Positions 57,780 to 64,000 of a stretch of DNA of 64,000 nt are shown here, one piece after another. Position numbers and translations under genes: made by a program. The notes beneath the pieces are model-generated. The model saw only the letters and a program-made list of their open reading frames with translations, did no database searches and was not told where the DNA came from. Numbering within the stretch: position 1 is the stretch's first letter; every line of letters starts with the position of its first letter. Source of the stretch: Pseudomonadota bacterium. GTDB taxonomy: Bacteria > Myxococcota > JACRCW01 > JAFGSX01. Location of the stretch: contig JBDRCO010000101.1 in assembly GCA_043821645.1 (NCBI GenBank), positions 32,001 through 96,000 on the forward strand, in the 5' to 3' direction.

Positions 57780-58523
57780 TCAGGCGTCGAGGTCGAGCTG
57801 GCGGTAGTGCAAGAAGGCGAACAGGATGGAGACGGATCCCAGCACGTGCCAGATCGCATGGCCGTGCAGGATCAGGTTCTCGGGCTGGCACCATGTGCGG
57901 CTGACGTCGAGCAGCGAGAAGCTCTCCGCCACCACGATGATCAGCAGGGACAGCCCGAAGTAGCGATAACGGTAGCGCTGCCAGTCGCCGCGGCGCATGC
58001 AGATGACCTCGGTGACGACGAGCACCAGCACGCCAATCGCGATGAGAAGCTGGTAGGGCAGGTCGAGCAGGTACATGCCGTGCACGAGTCCTGTGCTGCC
58101 CAGGATCAGGCCCCAGTAGATGGGACGTTGCCAGGTCCTCAGACCAGGCCAGACGCGCACGAGATTGATCCGCACCAGCAGGTACACGTAGAGGAACATG
58201 CCGACAAAGTCGAACACCTGGGTCAGGTAGTTATTGGACGCGTGGTAGACAAAAGAGAACAGTCCCATTAGGAACGCGGTCGGCGCGAACAAGCGCACCG
58301 CGACGCTGCGTGCGCTGCGGGCCAGGCGCCAGAACACCACGGCCACCGCCAGGTAGCCGAGGTTGGACCAGGTATTGGCAGGCTCGCTGATCCACTCGCA
58401 GCGGGTGGGCTCGCACCACTTCAGGTTGGGTGCTCCGACGACCTCGGTGACGTCGTACCAGGGACAGCCCGGCGCGTGCGGGTTTGGGTATTGTGGCAAG
58501 GCAGCCTCCTGCCCGCCAACCAT
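57780..58523 (-). CDS. Alkaline-ceramidase-like (CREST superfamily) membrane hydrolase
   Basis: WCE, EPANTWSN, S..YHA, D and HAIWH motifs with about 7 TMs. Confidence 0.85.
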   Translation of the reverse strand: MVGGQEAALPQYPNPHAPGCPWYDVTEVVGAPNLKWCEPTRCEWISEPANTWSNLGYLAVAVVFWRLARSARSVAVRLFAPTAFLMGLFSFVYHASNNYLTQVFDFVGMFLYVYLLVRINLVRVWPGLRTWQRPIYWGLILGSTGLVHGMYLLDLPYQLLIAIGVLVLVVTEVICMRRGDWQRYRYRYFGLSLLIIVVAESFSLLDVSRTWCQPENLILHGHAIWHVLGSVSILFAFLHYRQLDLDA

Positions 58524-58642
58524 GCGCGAGGATGCAAGGCTGCGCAATGCTCATTCACGGGGTCAGGCGGGTGCACTGGGCTGTGGCCACGTTGCCACGG
58601 CGCGGGGAGCCAGGCACGCACCCTGTCGCCAGGGGCCGGAGA

Positions 58643-59257
58643 TCAGCCGCGCGTGCTGTTGAAGTTCTCGGCGACCTTGTCCCAGTTGACCACGGACCAC
58701 CAGGCCTTGAGATAGTCGGGCCGACGGTTCTGGTAGTTCAAGTAGTAGGCGTGTTCCCACACATCCAAGCCGAGGACAGGCGTCAGACCGTCCATCAGCG
58801 GGCTGTCCTGGTTGGCCGTGGAGCTCACGGTCAGCCTGCCAAAGTGGTCCCGAGACAGCCAGGCCCAGCCCGACCCGAAGCGCGTGGTGGCTGCCACCTC
58901 GAACTGCTTCTGGAATTCGGCGAAGGATCCAAAGTTCTTGTCGATGACTTTCTTCAGATCTCCCTTGGGCTCGCCGCCGCCGTTGGGGTCCATGACCTCC
59001 CAGAACAGCGAGTGGTTGAGATGGCCACCCCCGTTGTTGCGGATGGCGGTGCGGATCGACTCGGGCACACTGGCCAGGTTGGTGATCAGATCCAGCAGCT
59101 TGACGTCGAAAAGAGCCGGCTCCTTTTCGAGCGCAGCGTTGAGGTTATTGACATAGGCCTGGTGATGTTTGGAGTGGTGGATCTCCATGGTCCGGGCATC
59201 GATGTGCGGATCCAGGGCATCGTAGGCGTAGGGCAGCTTGGGCAGTTCGTGCATCAT
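58643..59257 (-). CDS. sodA: Superoxide dismutase, Mn-type signature
   Basis: [40 protein letters not shown] and DVWEHAYY motifs. Confidence 0.95.
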   Translation of the reverse strand: MMHELPKLPYAYDALDPHIDARTMEIHHSKHHQAYVNNLNAALEKEPALFDVKLLDLITNLASVPESIRTAIRNNGGGHLNHSLFWEVMDPNGGGEPKGDLKKVIDKNFGSFAEFQKQFEVAATTRFGSGWAWLSRDHFGRLTVSSTANQDSPLMDGLTPVLGLDVWEHAYYLNYQNRRPDYLKAWWSVVNWDKVAENFNSTRG

Positions 59258-59416
59258 CGTCGCCTCCTCACCACGGACCGGCGAGCCGCCGCCCGGGGTC
59301 GTTAGTATGCGACTCATGTAGTGCGTAAAAGCACACTGGCAAGCTCGGAATTAATGTCTTTGAGATGTCGCCGCTGACTGCGGAGCAGGGGAGGCGAGCC
59401 GGTCGGGTCTGTACGC

Positions 59417-59722
59417 CTAGTCTCCGCTAGCTTTCTCGCCCAGGTCCCCGAGCTGATGCGCCCAGTAGCCGCGGCTGGCCAGGAAGGTCTCGCCGGTCCG
59501 CATCTCGAACGGGCGCCGCTCATCCACGGGCGCGCCAAAGAAATGCATGGCCTCGGCCACGTCGTCGGCGAGATCGTCGGGGACATACGCGTGCACCGGC
59601 CCGCGCCAGTCGTCCTGTTCCCAGATCACGTAGTCATACCAGAGCTGTTCCAGCTCCTCGGCCCGCGCGCTGCGCCGTGGATCTGTCGCTGTCCTGCCAG
59701 GTGAACTGGTCTCGGTCTGCAT
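59417..59722 (-). CDS. Small hypothetical protein (101 aa)
   Basis: GAGGAGG RBS, then MQTETSS...DWRGPVHAYVP...VAEAMHFFG...GYWAH. Confidence 0.65.
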   Translation of the reverse strand: MQTETSSPGRTATDPRRSARAEELEQLWYDYVIWEQDDWRGPVHAYVPDDLADDVAEAMHFFGAPVDERRPFEMRTGETFLASRGYWAHQLGDLGEKASGD

Positions 59723-59947
59723 GATTCCCCCCTCCTCATCGCCCGGTGCGGACCGTAGCACAGACCTCGCCTCAGACCAACCCAGGCCACGACCACCAAC
59801 ACCCGTCGCGCACGCCTCAGAGGACCCCTTCGAGTACAGGACCGCGCGGTGCACGCCCTTGACGACGAGGTTCTCCAGCGGGAGATGATCTGGACCTCCT
59901 TTCGGGCTAGACTCACCGCGCCGTTCCGGGAGCGGCAGGAGGTGGCG

Positions 59948-60277
59948 ATGAGAGCGATGCTGGTGCTTGGCCTCGCGACAGCGGTCCTGACGTGGACCGC
60001 GTGCGCACCGGTGGTGCACGCAGGCTGTGACAGTGACGCAGACTGCGAGAGTCGGTGCGAGACCGGCCGCGGTGCGTTCCCCGGCGGTCTGTGCACGCGG
60101 ACCTGCAACAAAACCGAGGACTGTCCGGCCGACGCGCACTGCATCGACATCGAAGGGGGCCTGTGTCTGATCGCCTGCTCCAGCATGGACCAGTGTCGAG
60201 ACTTCGGTTCGGGTTATCTGTGCAAGGACAAAAAGGACGTTCACGGCCAGCCGCAGCTGGTGTGCCTGGGCGACTGA
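59948..60277 (+). CDS. Small Cys-rich lipoprotein
   Basis: AGGAGG RBS, lipobox WTAC, and C.SDADC...C...FPGG.CT..C....CP...C pattern. Confidence 0.8.
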   Translation: MRAMLVLGLATAVLTWTACAPVVHAGCDSDADCESRCETGRGAFPGGLCTRTCNKTEDCPADAHCIDIEGGLCLIACSSMDQCRDFGSGYLCKDKKDVHGQPQLVCLGD

Positions 60278-60316
60278 ACGCTTGGTTCCGGGACCTTCTC
60301 GACGAGGTGGCGCCCC

Positions 60317-60700
60317 ATGCCCTCAGGACGACAACCCGCGCGCACGGGGTGCCCCTACTGCTGGGAATGGATCCCCGAGCCGCGCAAGCTGGACAAGGTC
60401 TATACGCCCGATGGCTGCATGGGTGGGCGCTGCGAGTGCGGTGCATACTTCGTCATCGACGAGATCGGGCGCAATGGAGGCATGGCCCTCCTCAACGCCC
60501 AGGTCCTGGCCTGCGATGGCGACGTGGACCGTGCCCTGCAGCTGAGCCACGGCGATGACTTCGAGGTGCTGACGCGCGACTACCAGCAGCCGGGAGGCGT
60601 GGGTTTTCGCGGCTATGCCCACGCGTCGCGTCGCGCCAAGATCTGGTTCCTCAAGCTCAAGGGGCCCGTGGCCTCCAATGTCCCGGGAGGCCAGGCCTGA
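60317..60700 (+). CDS. Hypothetical Zn-binding protein (CPYC...CECG)
   Basis: GAGGT RBS and Cys pairs. Sits in a same-strand run with ridA. Confidence 0.75.
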   Translation: MPSGRQPARTGCPYCWEWIPEPRKLDKVYTPDGCMGGRCECGAYFVIDEIGRNGGMALLNAQVLACDGDVDRALQLSHGDDFEVLTRDYQQPGGVGFRGYAHASRRAKIWFLKLKGPVASNVPGGQA

Positions 60701-60767
60701 GCCCCTTGCTCCTTCCAACCATCCAGCGCGCCAGCGCTCCCCGGAGTCAGGCGCCCAGGAGGTCCAC

Positions 60768-61154
60768 ATGCGTCAGGTGATCACCACGGACAGGGCGCCC
60801 GCGGCCATCGGACCTTACTCCCAGGCCATCGCGAGCGGCGAGATGGTGTTCTGCTCGGGGCAGATCCCCCTGGATCCGGCGACGGGTCAGCTGGTCGGTG
60901 CCGGTGATGTGGTGCTCGAGACGCGGCAGGTGCTCGACAACCTTGAAGCGGTCCTCAAGGCGGCGGGTTGCGCGCTCCGCGACGTCGTCAAGACCACGAT
61001 CTTCCTGGCCGACATGAACGACTTTGGCGCGGTCAATGCCCTCTACGGTGAGCGCTTCTCCTCCGAGCCTCCGGCGCGCGCCACGGTGCAGGTGGCGGCG
61101 CTGCCCAAGGGGGCACGGGTGGAGATCGAGGCCATCGCGGTGAAGTCGCGCTGA
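60768..61154 (+). CDS. ridA: RidA/YjgF/UK114 enamine deaminase
   Basis: APAAIGPYSQA, SGQIP, VVKTT.FL.DM, PPARATV and VEIEAIA motifs. Confidence 0.95.
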   Translation: MRQVITTDRAPAAIGPYSQAIASGEMVFCSGQIPLDPATGQLVGAGDVVLETRQVLDNLEAVLKAAGCALRDVVKTTIFLADMNDFGAVNALYGERFSSEPPARATVQVAALPKGARVEIEAIAVKSR

Positions 61155-61246
61155 GCCGCGCCCGTCGTCCCAGACCTCCACCGGAGGGCCCATGGATTGA
61201 AGAATGCGTCCCTCGGTCAGGCGGGGATCCTCTCACCAGACCGTGC

Positions 61247-61792
61247 TCAGGGAAGGGGCGTGCGATCACGCTGCAGCGTCGGGCAGAAGGTCCCCATGGC
61301 CTTCTTCAGGGCCGCATGCGCCTCCTCGAAGCGGGCACCCTCGGTCCGCGTCTCGCTGATGGTGGCGGTCGGTGTGCGGGCCGCGCTGCAGCGCACGGCG
61401 ATCCAGTGTTTCTTGTTCTTGTAGCCAAAGCTCGCCACGACGCGCCACGGCGCGGACTTCTTGCAGGACTCGTAGCTGGCGATCTGCTTGTCCTGCATCT
61501 CGGTGCTGGTCGGCGAGCCCGCCAGCATCTTCTTCATCTGCCTCGCCATGGTGGCAAGTCCGCCGTACAAGGCGCGATCCCGTCCCACTCGGTTGTTGAG
61601 TTCGGTCTGCACCGTCTGGGCGATGCTCTGGGTCTCGCTGATGCGCATTCCCTGGCTGCCCATGTCCTCGAAAAGAACCCAGCATGCGCTGGCAGGCGGG
61701 GGAGCCGGCACGGGCGTCGGCATTGCCCCGGGGGCTGCCGCGAGCGCGGTGGCAGGAAGGGCGAGGAGATACCACGGAGCGACGCGTCGCAT
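61247..61792 (-). CDS. Secreted hypothetical protein
   Basis: GAGGTG RBS, signal peptide and four Cys. Confidence 0.7.
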   Translation of the reverse strand: MRRVAPWYLLALPATALAAAPGAMPTPVPAPPPASACWVLFEDMGSQGMRISETQSIAQTVQTELNNRVGRDRALYGGLATMARQMKKMLAGSPTSTEMQDKQIASYESCKKSAPWRVVASFGYKNKKHWIAVRCSAARTPTATISETRTEGARFEEAHAALKKAMGTFCPTLQRDRTPLP

Positions 61793-62189
61793 GCTGGTCA
61801 CCTCGATCGCATTGTAGCGCGGGCGTCAGGCCAAGCCCAGGTGGATGCGCCTGCAAGTGCTCGACCACCCCAGCGCATGCTGCGGTTCACCGTGCGGGGT
61901 TCGAGAACACGAACAGCTGCATTGTCGTCAAGGACCGATCGTGCAGTGCTCTGCGGTACTGGGAGCGCCCCATTTGCTGCGCCAGGACAACGGGGAGGCG
62001 CGGCAGGTCGATCAGATCGCTCAGACGGGCTCGCGGTGCCGGTGATCCTGGGACCGCAACCCGTCACCTGTGGACACGCGCATCATGTGCCCAGGCTTTG
62101 TGACGGGTGGTGAGCAGCGACGCAGAGATGTTGTCGCCTGCACGCGCAGGGAGGCGGGGAGTCCCTCTGCGGCAGCGACGGTTGTCCTG

Positions 62190-63641
62190 TCACGCCGTCG
62201 CCGGGGACGACACTTCGCTTTGAGATTTGCGCCCGATGAGCTTGGTCGCGATCAGGTCCGCGACCTTGAGAGCACTGCGCAGCTCGCCCTCGAGGCCCCA
62301 GGCAGGCAGCACGTCGCTGCCCACACGCAGCAGGCGTGCGTGCTCGGTGGTCACCGGTCGCAGCGGCCCCATCGCCCCCGAGGTCACACCCTCCGGGCTG
62401 CGGAACAGCTGCCGCGTCCGACCCTCGTGCTCGGCGACGACGTGGCTGTGGCAGAAGGGGAGAAGCTCATCGACCACCTCGCACAGGTCGCGACGGCCGT
62501 CCGCCTCCTGACCCTGATGCACCACGCAGGCCGCGCTCAAGGTGGACACACCCTCCACCACCGAGCGATCACCCTCGGCCGGACGTGCGAGGTGATCGAC
62601 GGAGAGCAACATGGTGCGGCCGTCCGCGGTGTGCACGATCAGCTTGTGGCCAATACCCTCGGGCAGGCCCGCAGGCTTGAGCACCCAGTGTCGGGTCACC
62701 ACGATGTCGTCAGCCAGGACCTGGGCGCGATCCGTCGCGTACTGTCGCGCCGCTCGTTCAGGGGCCAGCATGGCTCCAAGCCAGTTCGACCGCGAGGCAT
62801 CGACGACAAAGGTGGCCAGGTTCTCGGTCCTGTCCCCAGCGAGCTCGATCAGGGCCTCGCTACGGCGCATCTCGACCCTGGCCACGCGGCTGTCCGGCTT
62901 GACCTCCCCACCATGCGTGGTGATGAAACCGCGCGCCATGCGTGCCAGCATTGCTCTCTCACCGCCCGTGCTGTGCCGTGTTCCCAGCACCAGACGCGCC
63001 GCTGCGCGCTCGGTCAGGAGCGGCGACACGCTCTCGTCGCCGACGTGTGATGCGTAGGGCGTCAGGCCGCGCAGCCAGTGCGCGATCGCGCTACCCGCAG
63101 GGAGCCGAGCCCACAGCGAGCCCTGGTTCTCCAACCGCGAGGCCGTGAGCAGGTACTTGTTCAGCCCACGGCGGGCAAAGAAGCCGCTCTCGCACAGGCC
63201 CGGTGCCGCATCGATCCAGTTCGCGATCTCCGTCGTGCGGTCGTCGAGACCTCGCAGCAAAGCGGCCAGCGGCGGACCCGCTTCCCCGAATTCACGCTGC
63301 AGTTCAGCCAGCCGGGGCGCTTCTTCGTCGTGCAGGTCGAGACGGTGCAGGGCATCGATGAGCTGCAGGGTCGGCGCCGCGAAGGGTACCAACCGACGCA
63401 CATCTTGACGCAGACCCAGATCTTCGACAACCCGACGCACCGCGGAGCTGGCCTCGAAGTCCGCGACCAGAAAGGGGAGTTCGGGCAGCAGGACGCCCTC
63501 GACAGCCAGGTGGCCCTCGATCTCGCCGTGGCCGAACACCTTGCAGCGCAGGCCCCTCTTGGCCAGGAGTGCTGCGGTGAACAGCCCTGCCAGTTCCCCA
63601 CCGAGCACGATGACGTCGGTGCGATGGCGCGGTAACTCCAT
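62190..63641 (-). CDS. FAD/NAD(P)-binding oxidoreductase, phytoene-desaturase-like
   Basis: N-terminal DVIVLGGELAGLFTAALLAKRG dinucleotide-binding motif and C-terminal VG..VLP.WGLEGE. Confidence 0.75.
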   Translation of the reverse strand: MELPRHRTDVIVLGGELAGLFTAALLAKRGLRCKVFGHGEIEGHLAVEGVLLPELPFLVADFEASSAVRRVVEDLGLRQDVRRLVPFAAPTLQLIDALHRLDLHDEEAPRLAELQREFGEAGPPLAALLRGLDDRTTEIANWIDAAPGLCESGFFARRGLNKYLLTASRLENQGSLWARLPAGSAIAHWLRGLTPYASHVGDESVSPLLTERAAARLVLGTRHSTGGERAMLARMARGFITTHGGEVKPDSRVARVEMRRSEALIELAGDRTENLATFVVDASRSNWLGAMLAPERAARQYATDRAQVLADDIVVTRHWVLKPAGLPEGIGHKLIVHTADGRTMLLSVDHLARPAEGDRSVVEGVSTLSAACVVHQGQEADGRRDLCEVVDELLPFCHSHVVAEHEGRTRQLFRSPEGVTSGAMGPLRPVTTEHARLLRVGSDVLPAWGLEGELRSALKVADLIATKLIGRKSQSEVSSPATA

Positions 63642-63834
63642 GTCGGGCACGCTACGACGGGGTTCTGACGGAGTAAAGTGGTGGGATGAGGTGGGAGCTT
63701 GTCCGACAGGATCGAGACGGCGGGGAGGGACTCTGGGGGGTAGGGAAAACACTCCAGCACCAGGATGCGATAACCTGATCGTTCGTGACCTGATCGTGTC
63801 GGGCGCGGTGCCCGTGAGAACTCCGGAGGGACCC

Positions 63835-64000
63835 ATGGCCAGGATCAGCTCCAACCCACCTCCAGCTCTCAGAGTGCCCGCGACAGCGGCCGACAGCGTG
63901 CAGAAGAGCCAGACCGGCAAGGGGGTCAGCACGTCCTCGGGCTCGAGTCCCTCCCGAGACGCCTACCTGAGAGGCGGCACTCCCGCGATCCTGTCCAGTA
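63835..64000 (+). CDS. 5' part of a hypothetical protein running off the window end
   Basis: GGAGGG RBS, then ATG. Open frame MARISSNPPPALRVPATAADSVQKSQTG... to the window end. Confidence 0.5.
   Translation, partial: MARISSNPPPALRVPATAADSVQKSQTGKGVSTSSGSSPSRDAYLRGGTPAILSS

Noticed and set aside
59300-59330. Fur/PerR-like box upstream of sodA
   Set aside because: Only a weak, non-palindromic resemblance.
1-64000. CRISPR array, prophage, IS/transposase, retron or defence island
   Set aside because: No regularly spaced repeats, and no cas, integrase, transposase, reverse transcriptase or phage structural motifs recognised.

Overview
GC-rich bacterial chromosomal window, most likely Myxococcota. 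Support: a MYXO-CTERM-like sorting tail, giant Cys-rich surface proteins, a Ser/Thr kinase next to an FHA-sigma54 activator, a Zn-ribbon/GYF/TPR motility-type protein and PilZ proteins. About 55 CDSs cover housekeeping and stress functions (S1-domain protein, Nudix, malic enzyme, MoxR/VWA, RRM protein, FKBP, SOD, RidA), a small polysaccharide locus, an ABC transporter and many secreted or lipoprotein hypotheticals. I see no rRNA, tRNA, CRISPR array, transposase or integrase. The most interesting signals are missing from the ORF track. (1) A candidate stand-alone minus-strand transcript (~18924-18579) has a 17-nt perfect complement to the 16S rRNA 3' end, a 13-aa ORF and its own promoter and terminator. 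(2) A probable small membrane selenoprotein (321-542) has an in-frame UGA aligned to a conserved Cys and followed by a SECIS-like hairpin. (3) A 57-bp structured repeat with compensatory changes occurs at 18.5 and 42.0 kb. (4) The kinase's C-terminal helical domain is shared with the convergent PilZ-like protein. All family assignments come from motif recognition by eye, with no database searches, and start codons are best estimates.
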